The position numbers and the translations under genes are program-made. 59,070 nucleotides of DNA from a virus. Taxonomy: Duplodnaviria > Caudoviricetes. The stretch lies in the IMG/VR virus record IMGVR_UViG_3300048086_000027, positions 1 through 59,070 of that record, one strand, 5' to 3'. Shown here piece after piece: positions 19,728 to 30,487 of this stretch (its first letter is position 1; each line of letters starts with the position of its first letter). The notes beneath the pieces were generated by a model, which was given only the letters and a program-made list of their open reading frames with translations, was not told the DNA's origin and ran no database searches.

Positions 19728-20156
19728 ATGGGAAAACGGGACACGCAAAGGGTACAACATCGAGATGTGAACGCAGGCAAACGAGCAGCTTTGGCGTTGC
19801 ATCTGCGTGCGCAGAAGCTCACCTATGAAGAGATTGCGCAGCAGTGTGGGTACGCTGACAGAGGCGCCAGTTATAAGGCCGTGCAGCGCGAGCTACAGCG
19901 TACCGTTGTCGAGAATGTTGACGAGCTGCGTCGTGAGGATCTGACCACGCTGGATGTGTTGCAGGCGGAATGTATGGCGATCTTCCTCGACAAAGAGAAC
20001 AGAGGGCGCCTCTTTGCCGCTGATCGTGTGCTGTCGATTATGGAGCGGCGCGCGAAGCTGATGGGCTTAGACGTTGCAAAGGATGGGAATATCGTAGCAG
20101 CGCAGGTGGTTGTGCGCGAATTGCCAGCAGGGTATCTGGGTGAGGTGAAGTCGTGA
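19728..20156 (+). CDS. terS: Terminase small subunit (putative)
   Basis: HTH (LTYEEIAQQCGY) and IMERRAKLMGLD; upstream of terL. Confidence 0.75.
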   Translation: MGKRDTQRVQHRDVNAGKRAALALHLRAQKLTYEEIAQQCGYADRGASYKAVQRELQRTVVENVDELRREDLTTLDVLQAECMAIFLDKENRGRLFAADRVLSIMERRAKLMGLDVAKDGNIVAAQVVVRELPAGYLGEVKS

Positions 20157-20383
20157 GAATGCCTGAAACGGTCACGCAGGAGTATGAGCTACAGCATCTC
20201 TGTGGGTTTCCTGTGCGCATTCATATTGAGTTAGAAGATTTCAAGGTGACGCAGACGGCGCTTTCTGAGGCGCAAGTGAGCTATTCGGGTAGCAGCGTTT
20301 GCTATTTTCGACTGAATGATAGTGAGCCTCTTACTCATTGCCCCCGATGTGGTGAAGTGTTTCCGAAGGCGGTGAGTGAATGA
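20153..20383 (+). CDS. Small zinc-ribbon protein
   Basis: HLCG...CPRCG; overlaps both neighbours by 4 nt. Confidence 0.55.
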   Translation: MRMPETVTQEYELQHLCGFPVRIHIELEDFKVTQTALSEAQVSYSGSSVCYFRLNDSEPLTHCPRCGEVFPKAVSE

Positions 20384-21768
20384 GCGTTGTCGTTCCAGAG
20401 ATTCGCATTCCAGCGCCAGAGTTGCGCGGTGGCAATCTTGCGCTTGGGGCATGTCGCGATCTGGAGGTCTGCTTAGATGGTCCTGCTGGCACAGGCAAGA
20501 CGGTCGCAGCCCTGTATAAAGTACATCTCCTTTTAACACTCTTCCCAGGTGCAAAGGCGTTGGTCGCCAGAAAAACGAACACTGCACTTGCGGGCAGCGC
20601 CATTGCCACCTATCGCGAGATGATCCTTGATCCTCGCGAGGGCGTCAAATATTTCGGTGGGAATAAGATACGTCCAGCCGCATTTGAGTATCCTAACGGC
20701 TCAACCATGATTGTTTCGGGGCTCGATAAACCAGAAAAAATTAAATCGTGGGAGTTTGATGTCGCCCTGATAAATGAATCCACGGAATGTACAGTAGAAG
20801 ACATAGAGTTTGTGCGCTCCCGCCTGCGCCATGGCAAACTGCCTTATCATCAACTCATCATGGATGTGAATCCAGGCCCACCAACGCACTGGCTGAACCA
20901 ACGCATGAATGATGGCCTAACGACGCGCCTGGTGAGTCGCCATGAAGACAACCCACGCTTCTTTGATATGAGAACTGGTGAGTGGACAGCAGAAGGCCGG
21001 ACCTATATTTTCGAGACATTAGGCGGGCTGACTGGCGTGCGGTTGGCCCGCCTGCGTTATGGCATCTGGGCAGCGGCTGAAGGCACTGTGTATGAAGACT
21101 CCTGGGATCGGGCCAGAAATGTGGTAGACAAGTTTCCAATTCCTCGCGAGTGGCCGCGCTACCTTTCTATTGACTTTGGCTACACGAATCCGTTTGTCTG
21201 TCTCTGGGTAGCGCAGGACCCAGATGGGCGGCTGATTGTGTATCGGCAGATGTACAAGACGAAGACACTTGTTGAGGATCACGCAACAGCGATTGCACTG
21301 GCCTCTGGCTGGTATCATTTGTTGCCGAAAGACCATCCCAAACATCAACCGAAACCTGTTGACTGGGCAGACCCGCTGCCTCGCGAGGTGATTTGCGATC
21401 ATGATGCTGAAGATAGAGCGACATTGGAGCGTCATTTGAAGATGATGACGACGCCCGCAAAGAAGACGGTGAGCGATGGCATCCAGGCGGTGGCCTCGCG
21501 GCTCAGATCAGCAGGTGACGGCAAACCCAGGCTCATGATCTTTCATGGTTCCCTGGTTGAACGTGATGAGGAGCTGGCCAGGGCAAAGCGGCCATTATGT
21601 CTGGAGGATGAGCCAGAGGTGTATGTGTGGAAGCGTGGCGCAGATGTGACCGTGAAGGAAGAGCCGCTGAAAGAGAACGATCATGCCCTCGACGCGTTGC
21701 GCTATGTAGTCGCACGCTTTGATCTTATGCCGTCGGGCGTGTCGTATTTCAAAGATATATGGCGGTGA
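20380..21768 (+). CDS. terL: Terminase large subunit (PBSX-like)
   Basis: Walker A GPAGTGKT, INES, IDFGYTNP, NDHALDALRY. Confidence 0.93.
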   Translation: MSVVVPEIRIPAPELRGGNLALGACRDLEVCLDGPAGTGKTVAALYKVHLLLTLFPGAKALVARKTNTALAGSAIATYREMILDPREGVKYFGGNKIRPAAFEYPNGSTMIVSGLDKPEKIKSWEFDVALINESTECTVEDIEFVRSRLRHGKLPYHQLIMDVNPGPPTHWLNQRMNDGLTTRLVSRHEDNPRFFDMRTGEWTAEGRTYIFETLGGLTGVRLARLRYGIWAAAEGTVYEDSWDRARNVVDKFPIPREWPRYLSIDFGYTNPFVCLWVAQDPDGRLIVYRQMYKTKTLVEDHATAIALASGWYHLLPKDHPKHQPKPVDWADPLPREVICDHDAEDRATLERHLKMMTTPAKKTVSDGIQAVASRLRSAGDGKPRLMIFHGSLVERDEELARAKRPLCLEDEPEVYVWKRGADVTVKEEPLKENDHALDALRYVVARFDLMPSGVSYFKDIWR

Positions 21769-21965
21769 AGTGTGGATATAGAGCAGATTGAAAAGATTTT
21801 ATCAACTATCGTTTTCCGTCTTGAGCAAGATGATGAGGTGCTGCCATTTATTCAATGTCAGTTGCTTCTCCATATCTATAAGAAGCTGGACAGTATTGAT
21901 GATAGCTTGGCTACCATGAGTACGGATAGCTGGAATGACCACCATAATAAGTGAGGATTAAGCTC

Positions 21966-23453
21966 ATGATTGCACCTGCCTATCAGCAACAGACTCAACC
22001 ACAAACGCTGGCCCAGGCTCCTATTCCCCAGGTCGACCAGGAGCGCAAACAGCAGATGCGTGCTGCATGGAAAGCCTATCGTGGCCAGCTCCAGCCACCA
22101 CTGAAAGTAGCTGCTGGCCAGCCTGATGATAATGTGCTCAGCAACCGCTGCGCGCCGATTGTCGATAAGGGGGTAAGCTTTCTCTTTGGCCAGGTCCTCA
22201 AGATTGAGGCGACCAGCGAAACCTCCGAGCCTGACACTGCGATGCAAGATTTTATTGAAGGACTCTGGGGAGACGATGACGAGCGTATGACGCTGCTCAG
22301 CAAGCTCGCGACCAATGGTGGGGTGTGTGGACAGGTGTTTGTGAAGCTTATCCCAGCTCAAGGATCGATGAAGTATCCCAGGATTGTCATTCTTGATCCG
22401 CTCTTAATCAGGATCGTGACCTCGCCAGAGGATTGCGATCTGCATCTGGCCTATATCCTCGAATATCCCAGCATCAACGACTGGCAGAAACGGCAAATCG
22501 TGGCACGTGTGGACCCGAATGGAGATACATCGGCTGTTGGCGATGCTGATATTGAGGATCGCTGGACAATCTCCAATTATGTACGGCGTGGACAAACAGG
22601 TGTGTGGATGCAGACAGGTGAGTCTGAGGCCTGGAATTATCCCTTTGCACCGATCTTCACATCGCAAAACCTCTCAAACCCCAATGAAGCCTGGGGAGTG
22701 CCAGATTTGACGCCTGACCTGATCGAGATGAACAGGGTGCTGAACTTTGTGCAGTCGAATACGTCTCGGGTGATTAAGTTCCATGGGCATCCCAAGACGT
22801 ATGCCACTGGCCTTTCTGCAACTCAGATCAATATTGGCGTGGATGACTTAATCTGCCTTCCTTCGCCTGACTCAAAGCTTGCTAATCTGGAGATGACCCA
22901 TAGCCTGACTGATGCGCTGAGCTTCGCCGGTATTCTGCGCTCCGATATGGATGAGCAATCGAGAGTACCAGGTGTCGCGCTCGGCAGGATTACCGACTTG
23001 CCGCGTGGGGCTATCTCTGGCGTAGCATTGCAACTGCTCTTTCAGCCACTCTTAGAGAAGACGACGCAGAAGCAGCGGTTGTATGGCTGTCTGATACGGG
23101 ACGTGACGCGAGCTGTGCTTGTGGTTGCTGGCAAGCTTTCCATTGAAGAGTATGAAGACTACCCGATTGATCTGCACTGGGCAAACCTCTTACCTGTAGA
23201 CGATCTAGCCGCTGCGCAAACTGCGCTCATTCTCAAACAAATAGGCGTGTCTGATGCGACGATTATGCAGCAATTAGGCTATGATCCTGATGACGAAGCG
23301 GATAAGAGTCAGGCGGAAGATGCAAAGAAGATGACTGCTTATTCGCGTGGTCAGGGATTCCCGCCAATGCCACCAGGAGGACAGCCACCCTTGCAAGGTC
23401 AAGAGCAGGGTCAGCAACCAGGGCAGCCGATGAATGGAGGCATGAATGGATAG
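21966..23453 (+). CDS. Portal protein (SPP1 gp6-like)
   Basis: Position after terL; size; SGVALQLLFQPL. Confidence 0.85.
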   Translation: MIAPAYQQQTQPQTLAQAPIPQVDQERKQQMRAAWKAYRGQLQPPLKVAAGQPDDNVLSNRCAPIVDKGVSFLFGQVLKIEATSETSEPDTAMQDFIEGLWGDDDERMTLLSKLATNGGVCGQVFVKLIPAQGSMKYPRIVILDPLLIRIVTSPEDCDLHLAYILEYPSINDWQKRQIVARVDPNGDTSAVGDADIEDRWTISNYVRRGQTGVWMQTGESEAWNYPFAPIFTSQNLSNPNEAWGVPDLTPDLIEMNRVLNFVQSNTSRVIKFHGHPKTYATGLSATQINIGVDDLICLPSPDSKLANLEMTHSLTDALSFAGILRSDMDEQSRVPGVALGRITDLPRGAISGVALQLLFQPLLEKTTQKQRLYGCLIRDVTRAVLVVAGKLSIEEYEDYPIDLHWANLLPVDDLAAAQTALILKQIGVSDATIMQQLGYDPDDEADKSQAEDAKKMTAYSRGQGFPPMPPGGQPPLQGQEQGQQPGQPMNGGMNG

Positions 23454-24096
23454 CTTTGATGAGAAACGATTGCTCTCTGTTTTAGAGCGCATTGCAGCCG
23501 CATTGGAACGACACAATGATATCAGCGAAAAGCATCTGGCGCTTATAAGGGAGGAATTAACAGCGAGTGATGCCCGTCTTCAGACGCTCTATGCAGAGCA
23601 AGCGACTCTTACCCCCTTGCAAGGTGAGGAGGAGGCGGTGAAGCATGAATGATGAGTATTGGTGCATTGTTGTTGATCGTGGTGATGGGAAGGAAACATT
23701 GATTCATGAGGGTAACGATATTGACAAAGTGTATACGCGTATCGGGCAGATGGTTCTCAGTTTGGGAATAGAACAGATTGTGGTGTATCGAAATGGTGAA
23801 GAGTATCGACGCTATGCTTTGTCGTCTCAAATAATGCACCAAACTGGTATACAAAATGCACCAGATGGGCGGTGAGTGATGAAACGACTGTTGGTTCTTT
23901 ATACATCTGCTATGGCAAAAGAGAAAAGGTATGCAGAGGGATTAATTCATTTTGACGGTTCGGTGTATGTGGATGGTTTTTATCCCGAAGAAGGAAAGCC
24001 CTATGGTGATTTGGAAGCATTGAAAAATGCTTTGCGAGACAATGATGGTATCAGGCATTGGTATATTCTTTTGCTTGATGTTGATAAGGAGCACAG

Positions 24097-25083
24097 TTGA
24101 TCCAGGGCCGTCTCCAGCAACTTATCCTTCAATATCGCGCACAACTCCTGCACAAAGAACAGCAGGCTGTTGATACGCTGACCTCTGCCTATACACACAT
24201 CTTGGCCGTGATCCAGGCGCAATTGGCAAAACTGTATCGGGATGTCAACACAAAGCAGCAAAATGGTGAGGATATTCCTATTTCCTGGCTCTATCAGGAA
24301 AACAGGCTTCAGAGCGCGAAGCTTTTTATTGCAAAGGAGATAGGTCACTATGGTCAACTTGCTCAGATTACCACACAGCAACTTCGGCATTTCGCGGTAG
24401 GGCTGGGCCAGCAGTCTGCACAACAGCAATTGCATGTAGTGACTGGTGAGCGGCTTATCACGCCGCCAACGCCGTCAGTTATTCAGAACCTCATCGGAGC
24501 TACGAAAGCAGGCACGCCGCTTTCTGATCTGTTCAAAGGCTTCGGTGATGAGGCTGCGCAAGGAGCTGCTGATGCGTTGATCCGGGGCGTGACATTGGGC
24601 AGTAGCACGCAGCGCATGGCAAAGGATGTTGAGCAAGCCTTGCAGGTGCCGCGCAATCGGGCAACAACCATTGCCAGCAATGAAACGTTCCGAGCATACC
24701 GCTCTGCTAATGTAGAGACATATCGGGCAAGTGGGTTGGTTGAACAGTGGAGATGGATCGCTTCTAAATCTGGTCGCACCTGTCCTGTCTGCATTGCAAT
24801 GGATGGGATACTGCATGATATGGATGAAGAGATGGAAAGCCATGTCAGGTGCAGATGCACGATGATCCCTGTTCGTGCTGGCTCATCGATGTCTTATCAG
24901 ACGGGTGTTGAGTGGTTTGATGGGCAGTCTGAATCTGTGCAGAAGGAAGTGTTGGGAGCCAAATATCAGGGATGGGCCAATGGGGATTTTACGCTACATG
25001 ATATGGTCGGGCATTCTCATGATCCTGAGTGGGGCGGGTCATTATATGAGAAAAGTTTGAAGCAACTCAAGAAAGCGGGATAG
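24097..25083 (+). CDS. Minor head protein (SPP1 gp7/Mu gpF-like)
   Basis: RTCPVC...HVRCRC motif. Confidence 0.85.
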   Translation: MIQGRLQQLILQYRAQLLHKEQQAVDTLTSAYTHILAVIQAQLAKLYRDVNTKQQNGEDIPISWLYQENRLQSAKLFIAKEIGHYGQLAQITTQQLRHFAVGLGQQSAQQQLHVVTGERLITPPTPSVIQNLIGATKAGTPLSDLFKGFGDEAAQGAADALIRGVTLGSSTQRMAKDVEQALQVPRNRATTIASNETFRAYRSANVETYRASGLVEQWRWIASKSGRTCPVCIAMDGILHDMDEEMESHVRCRCTMIPVRAGSSMSYQTGVEWFDGQSESVQKEVLGAKYQGWANGDFTLHDMVGHSHDPEWGGSLYEKSLKQLKKAG

Positions 25084-25085
25084 TT

Positions 25086-25568
25086 ATGCCAAGTGATTAT
25101 GTAAAGGATCTTGTCGATCATAAGGTGCGAGTAGCAGCCTATATGCAGAGCATTGCAAACGACCTCTTTAGACGGGCAATGATCCATGACAATTCGAAAT
25201 TTTCTGAGGAAGAATATCATCTCTACGAAGCTGCCTGCCCAGAACTTCAGAAACATGCCTATGGGTCGCCAGAATACAAAGAAGCCGTCAAGCAACTCGG
25301 TCCTGCATGGGAACATCATTGTAAAGTCAATGACCACCATCCTGAGTTCCACAGAGAGGATGGTGTTAGTGCCATGACGCTTGTACAGCTTATTGAGATG
25401 CTTTGCGATTGGTTAGCGGCCAGTGAGCGAAGTCAGACAAATTTCGAGGCTGGGCTAAAGATGAACAAAGAGCGGTTCCATATCGACGATCAGCTTTTCG
25501 AGATTATTGTGAACACGGTGAAATGGTATGCTCCGGTCAAGTTTTTGGGAACTGATCCATTGTTTTGA
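25086..25568 (+). CDS. HD-like (DUF5662-type) protein
   Basis: HDNSKF...HH..NDHHPE...EMLCDW. Confidence 0.7.
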   Translation: MPSDYVKDLVDHKVRVAAYMQSIANDLFRRAMIHDNSKFSEEEYHLYEAACPELQKHAYGSPEYKEAVKQLGPAWEHHCKVNDHHPEFHREDGVSAMTLVQLIEMLCDWLAASERSQTNFEAGLKMNKERFHIDDQLFEIIVNTVKWYAPVKFLGTDPLF

Positions 25569-25590
25569 TGTAGGTGAAAGCAGGGTAAGC

Positions 25591-25803
25591 ATGGCGAAAT
25601 ATCGAAAGAAGCCAATCGTTATTGAGGCTGAACAACTGACTGTACTAACTTTTATTCAGACATTAGAAGGTACAATGCAGGGCAATCCGGGGGATTGGCT
25701 GGTTACTGGGGTCAATGGTGAAAAATATCCCTGCAAAGATGAGATTTTTCGCAAAACCTATGAACTTGTAGAAGAGCAACCTGATATCCTGACAAAATGT
25801 TGA
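25591..25803 (+). CDS. PGDYG-like small phage protein
   Basis: YRKKP..IEA...TLEG...PGDWLV.GV.GE.YPCK..IF.KTYE. Confidence 0.7.
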   Translation: MAKYRKKPIVIEAEQLTVLTFIQTLEGTMQGNPGDWLVTGVNGEKYPCKDEIFRKTYELVEEQPDILTKC

Positions 25804-25828
25804 CATTAGGTGAAGGAAACAGTACACT

Positions 25829-26488
25829 ATGGGTGAAGAGTTAACCACATCTGCTGACGGGGTCCAGGCGACCACCAGTGGATCTGTCCAGGTGACAGCC
25901 CCGACAACAGACGGCCAGGCGCCGGTGAGTCAATCAACCACAGATAACAAAGAGCATGAGCGGATCATTGAGCAGCTCCGTAAGGAGAATGCGGCGGCCC
26001 GCAAGCGGCTCGATACCTTTGAGAAAGCCCAACAGGAAGCTGAAGCGGCGAAGCTTTCCGATCAGCAGAAGCTTGAAAAGAAGCTGGCGGATTTACAAAA
26101 AGCCCATGATGATGCGATCAAAGAGAAACAGGAACTTGCTATTGCTCATGCGGTCTCATTGCAAGCGCAAAAGCTTGGCTTTCAAGATCCTGATGATGCT
26201 CGACGTTTTCTCGATATGGCGGCACTTGAGTTTGACGGCAATGGCACTCCAACCAATGTAGAGTCTTTGTTGAAAGATGTGCTCAAGAACAAGCCCTATC
26301 TCGCGGGCAAATCAGCAGTGTCCACCAGCGGCGGGGCAACCAATCCGTCGCGATCAGCAAGCGCTGCACAGCAAGAGTTGTCCTGGGCATATATCACTAG
26401 CTTGAAGCCTGCTGATTGGAACGCATTTACACCAGAACGCAAACAAGAAATCCAGCGTTGGCAGTTGAATAACCCGCCACGCTTCTAA
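25829..26488 (+). CDS. Capsid scaffolding protein
   Basis: Coiled coil LRKENAAARK...KPYL; directly before the capsid gene. Confidence 0.8.
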   Translation: MGEELTTSADGVQATTSGSVQVTAPTTDGQAPVSQSTTDNKEHERIIEQLRKENAAARKRLDTFEKAQQEAEAAKLSDQQKLEKKLADLQKAHDDAIKEKQELAIAHAVSLQAQKLGFQDPDDARRFLDMAALEFDGNGTPTNVESLLKDVLKNKPYLAGKSAVSTSGGATNPSRSASAAQQELSWAYITSLKPADWNAFTPERKQEIQRWQLNNPPRF

Positions 26489-26557
26489 CTACTGATCTTT
26501 TCTATCTCCTGCCCAGCGCCTTTTGAGAGACGTTGAGCTGGGGATGATGGGAGATAT

Positions 26558-27484
26558 ATGAGTCTACAGAACTTTATCCCAGAGATCTGGGCGGGAACGA
26601 TGCTGACCGCGCTCAGAAAAACCCTCGTGTATGGGTCGCTGTTTAATACCGACTACGAGGGTGAAATCAGAGCGATGGGCGACACCGTTCGCATCAATGC
26701 TATCGGTGACATTACTATCAGCAACTACTCCAAAGACACCGATATGAGCGCTCCTCAATCCCTCTCCGATGGGCAGACCATGCTTACTATCTCACAGGCC
26801 AAATCCTACAATTTTGCCGTGGATGATGTCGACAAAGCCCAACAGAACCCCAAAGTCATGGGCGAGGCGATGCTCTGGGCCGCTTACAAGATGAAAGACA
26901 CGATGGACCAGTATTACGCTGGTTTCTATACTGATGCGATTTCTGCTAATCTCATCGGGTCTTCTGGTTCCTTTACGACTCCTGACAAGCCGACGTATGA
27001 CAAGATTGGCGCAGGCGCGAACGTCTATGACTACCTCGTGCTCCTCGGCCAGAAGCTAACTGAGGCGCTCGTACCAGAGCAGGGTCGTTGGGTTGTCTGT
27101 CCGCCATGGGGCGCTTCCCTCCTCAAACAAGATCCGCGTTTCACTGGCTACAACACTGACGCAGGCCGGGCTGCTATTATGACTGGCAAGCTTGATGCCT
27201 CTGCTGGTCAGGCGCAAGATGGCTATGTTGGCCAGATTGACGGTATGGATGTGTATCAGTCGGTGAACGCTCCTCATTTGGGCGGCACCATTGGCATTGC
27301 TGGGAGCCAGGATGTCTTTATGGCCGGCCACCGTATGGCACTGACGAAGGCCGAGGGCCTCAATGAGGTGGAAGCGTACCGTCCTCAGTATCGCTTCAGT
27401 GATGCCATTAAGGGGCTGTGTCTCTATGGGGCAAAGACAGTTCGGCCATATGGTATTGCGGCTGCCTACTTGCAACACCCATAA
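26558..27484 (+). CDS. Major capsid protein
   Basis: FIPEIW...DYEGEI..GDTVRI...D.IKGL..YGAK.VRP. Confidence 0.9.
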   Translation: MSLQNFIPEIWAGTMLTALRKTLVYGSLFNTDYEGEIRAMGDTVRINAIGDITISNYSKDTDMSAPQSLSDGQTMLTISQAKSYNFAVDDVDKAQQNPKVMGEAMLWAAYKMKDTMDQYYAGFYTDAISANLIGSSGSFTTPDKPTYDKIGAGANVYDYLVLLGQKLTEALVPEQGRWVVCPPWGASLLKQDPRFTGYNTDAGRAAIMTGKLDASAGQAQDGYVGQIDGMDVYQSVNAPHLGGTIGIAGSQDVFMAGHRMALTKAEGLNEVEAYRPQYRFSDAIKGLCLYGAKTVRPYGIAAAYLQHP

Positions 27485-27508
27485 GTTTTTGAGGAAGGGA
27501 ACACAGCT

Positions 27509-27967
27509 ATGACAAACCGAACGACATTAACCCCTAAATCCCTCGCTGGAAACGGTTCCATTGTGAACATGTTGAACGATGGCACCAACTTTACTGCGAC
27601 TGATGCCACCAACGGCATGAGTATTTCGCTTGCCAGTACTGCTATGCCTGCTGCATCCTCATGTGATCGGCTCATTCTCTTGGTCCTCAATACGAACGGG
27701 ACGGGACGCACGGTCACTGTTCGCGCGTCTACTCCTGATGGTGGCGTGACGAAAACTGGCGCTGGCACGCAAGGGCTCCCATATACTCCGGGCTTTGAAG
27801 GTGGGAAGGGTGATTTGACAACATCGGCAATGACGTTGACGACTGGCATCGGCATCATTGGGCCGTTTGAGGTTGCGCGGTTCCTTCAGCCTGACGGGAC
27901 GATCAGTGTGGACTTTTCAGGCGCAACCGGCTTTATCGCGGCGTTGCTCTTGCCCAGGGCATTTTAG
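27509..27967 (+). CDS. Putative capsid decoration protein
   Basis: Beta-rich ORF right after the capsid gene; strong RBS. Confidence 0.5.
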   Translation: MTNRTTLTPKSLAGNGSIVNMLNDGTNFTATDATNGMSISLASTAMPAASSCDRLILLVLNTNGTGRTVTVRASTPDGGVTKTGAGTQGLPYTPGFEGGKGDLTTSAMTLTTGIGIIGPFEVARFLQPDGTISVDFSGATGFIAALLLPRAF

Positions 27968-27985
27968 AGGCTGGGAGGAAAAGTA

Positions 27986-28340
27986 TATGGCACAACTTGA
28001 ATTACCGCCAATGGCACCAGGCGGGCAATGGATTCGTCTCTCGGGTGATGGTCCGCCCGCCTATGTGGTCCATGAAGCGCATATTAAGCGCTTGATTATG
28101 GAAGGTGGGCAGTTCGTTGCTGATCCGCGAGATCCAGCACAATTTCAACAGGCGGTTCCACAGGCTTCGCCAGTAGAGGATGCTCTCAGGGCAGAAATTG
28201 AAGCGCTGAAGGTGCAGATGCAGCAATTGCTAGCGGTCCCACAAGATAGTATAGGCGCTTTTAATCCCGCCGATGAGGATGCTGCTGTTATTGACAGAGC
28301 TGATACCAGCAAATCAACTGGAAAGCGGAGCAAGGCATAA
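27986..28340 (+). CDS. Hypothetical virion-module protein
   Basis: RBS GGAGG; position in the head module. Confidence 0.55.
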
Positions 28341-28343
28341 CTG

Positions 28344-29006
28344 ATGGCAGTTAGAAACACGATGCTCGATCTGATTTCTACCGTCAGGTTGATGATTGCT
28401 GATATGCTCTCGCCAAATTTGCAATATCAAGATATTGATATTCAGAATAGGCTCGACGCAAACCGCGATGATATCCGCTATGAGAGCTTAACCATCGCGG
28501 CAAGCATTGTGAACACTGCCAGTACCAGCAATCAGGCATCTGTCATCTTTGCTGACTACTATTCGCGCTACAAGTGGTGGGAATCAGATGTCGTGCTGCA
28601 AGGGAATAATGTGAGCACTGGTGCAGCTTGGGTGGTCCTTACGCCTGCCAGTTCAGACTATATCATTGGCCACTGGCAATTTGAATTGACGCCGTTTGTT
28701 AATGGAACCGTTCCTGGTCAATATCCGCCAGTCTTCGCGACGGGCAAAGTCTATGACTTGAATGCTGCTGCTGCTGATCTCTTAGAATTCTGGGCGGCCT
28801 CCCTTGCAGGGGCTTATGACATCACGGTAGATGGGCAAAATCTCAGGCGTTCGCAATTGATGCAGGCCAAGTTCATGATGGCTGACCGGTATCGTAGATT
28901 GGCAAAGCCCAAGATTGCCAAGATGAACCGTTCAGATGTGCAGCCACCGCTCAGTACGACACGTGTGAGACTGCTTGATTCCGGTGATCTGGTGAAGGGA
29001 GCTTGA
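28344..29006 (+). CDS. Head-tail adaptor (putative)
   Basis: Synteny; YDLNAAAADLLE motif. Confidence 0.6.
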   Translation: MAVRNTMLDLISTVRLMIADMLSPNLQYQDIDIQNRLDANRDDIRYESLTIAASIVNTASTSNQASVIFADYYSRYKWWESDVVLQGNNVSTGAAWVVLTPASSDYIIGHWQFELTPFVNGTVPGQYPPVFATGKVYDLNAAAADLLEFWAASLAGAYDITVDGQNLRRSQLMQAKFMMADRYRRLAKPKIAKMNRSDVQPPLSTTRVRLLDSGDLVKGA

Positions 29007-29007
29007 C

Positions 29008-29376
29008 ATGATCCCAGCCGCTGAACTTGCCCGAATTCGAGCTGATACTGAGGCTGTGGTGCTCAATAAAAGAGGCACCATCACGCAGCGGTCACGCGCT
29101 CAGGGCAGTCAAGGTGGCGGTGCTGATAACTATGTCGCTGTAGACAATGTGCCCTGCGCTATCACATCTGGCGCGATCCGCTCAGGCGTGGTCATGGCTG
29201 GTCAGTTGATGAGTCTCGCGACACAGACGATTCTTTTGTCTGTTGATACCGATGTGCAGGTTGACGCTCGAATCAAGATTGATGGCTCGACCTATCGCGT
29301 GATTGGTCCTTCGTATGTTCGCACGATCTCAGTATTGCAGCATGTCGATGCGCTCTTTGATGCCAGTTTGCCATAG
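29008..29376 (+). CDS. Head closure protein (putative)
   Basis: Synteny; RIKIDGSTYRV. Confidence 0.6.
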   Translation: MIPAAELARIRADTEAVVLNKRGTITQRSRAQGSQGGGADNYVAVDNVPCAITSGAIRSGVVMAGQLMSLATQTILLSVDTDVQVDARIKIDGSTYRVIGPSYVRTISVLQHVDALFDASLP

Positions 29377-29384
29377 GAGACTCT

Positions 29385-30134
29385 ATGAACCAACGCTATG
29401 GGTGGAAGCCTGACAGCCCTGACACCAGAGATCATCTCTATGCAGTGTCACCTGCGATCAGTTTGCCGCTGTCGGTGGATTTGCGCCCTCAGTGCCCGCC
29501 CATCTATGACCAGGGTCAACTTGGTTCTTGCACTGCCAACGCGATAGCTGGAATGCTGGAATTTGACCAGATACGACAAGTAGAGCATTCGTTTGTGCCA
29601 TCTAGGCTTTTCATTTACTACAATGAGCGGGCCAAAGAGGGCACAGTGAACGAGGATGCAGGGGCGATGATCCGCGATGGTGTCAAGGTTGTGGCAAAGC
29701 AGGGCTATTGTGATGAACTGGGGTGGTCCTACGACATCAGCAGGTTTGCCGTTAAACCGCCTGCGTTTTGCTATGCTTATGCGTTGAAATTTAAAGCACT
29801 CTCCTATCAGCGTATCCAGGTACACAATCTGCATGCCATGAAAGCGTGCCTGGCGCTCAGTTTTCCATTCGTGTTCGGCTTCCTGGTGTATGAGTCGTTT
29901 GAGAGTAACGAGGTTGCGAGCACTGGTGTGATGCCCATGCCGCAGTCAGGTGAGCAGATTTTGGGCGGACATGCTGTGATGGCCTGTGGCTATGATGATG
30001 CACGTCAGGCTCTGCTGGTGCGCAACTCCTGGGGTATTGATTGGGGTCTGGCTGGCTACTTCTGGATGCCCTACGCCTATCTGACCGCATCCAAACTGAC
30101 TGATGATTTCTGGACCATTCGGAGTGTTTCATGA
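29385..30134 (+). CDS. Papain-like cysteine peptidase (C1A)
   Basis: DQGQLGSCTANA (Q/C), GGHAV (H), RNSWG.DWG..GYF (N). Confidence 0.92.
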   Translation: MNQRYGWKPDSPDTRDHLYAVSPAISLPLSVDLRPQCPPIYDQGQLGSCTANAIAGMLEFDQIRQVEHSFVPSRLFIYYNERAKEGTVNEDAGAMIRDGVKVVAKQGYCDELGWSYDISRFAVKPPAFCYAYALKFKALSYQRIQVHNLHAMKACLALSFPFVFGFLVYESFESNEVASTGVMPMPQSGEQILGGHAVMACGYDDARQALLVRNSWGIDWGLAGYFWMPYAYLTASKLTDDFWTIRSVS

Positions 30135-30478
30135 GCCATGTGAGCGTGACAATCACTGGCAATCAGGATATTGTTCGTAATCTGTGGGCTTGGGTTGACC
30201 TGAAATCGAAGCAGATTGACGAGGCAACCCAGGGCGCGGGCCTCGATACCGAAGCGGGTGCAAAGACCAGAGCACCAGTCGATACTGGACGCTCGCGAGC
30301 AGGCTACCAGTATCAGGATATGGGCACTGGTCATTGTCGAGTGTTCAATCCAGTTGACTATGTCATTTATGTAGAGCTGGGCACCTATAAGATGCCTGCG
30401 CGTCCTGCGCTTTTCCCGTCCTTTGCAGAGGCGTCGAAGAACCTGGACCGTGAACTGCGCAGCATCTTGTCATCATAG
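30131..30478 (+). CDS. HK97 gp10-like tail completion protein
   Basis: APVDTG...YVELGTYKM.ARP.L.P. Confidence 0.85.
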   Translation: MSHVSVTITGNQDIVRNLWAWVDLKSKQIDEATQGAGLDTEAGAKTRAPVDTGRSRAGYQYQDMGTGHCRVFNPVDYVIYVELGTYKMPARPALFPSFAEASKNLDRELRSILSS

Positions 30479-30487
30479 AGGAGTCGT

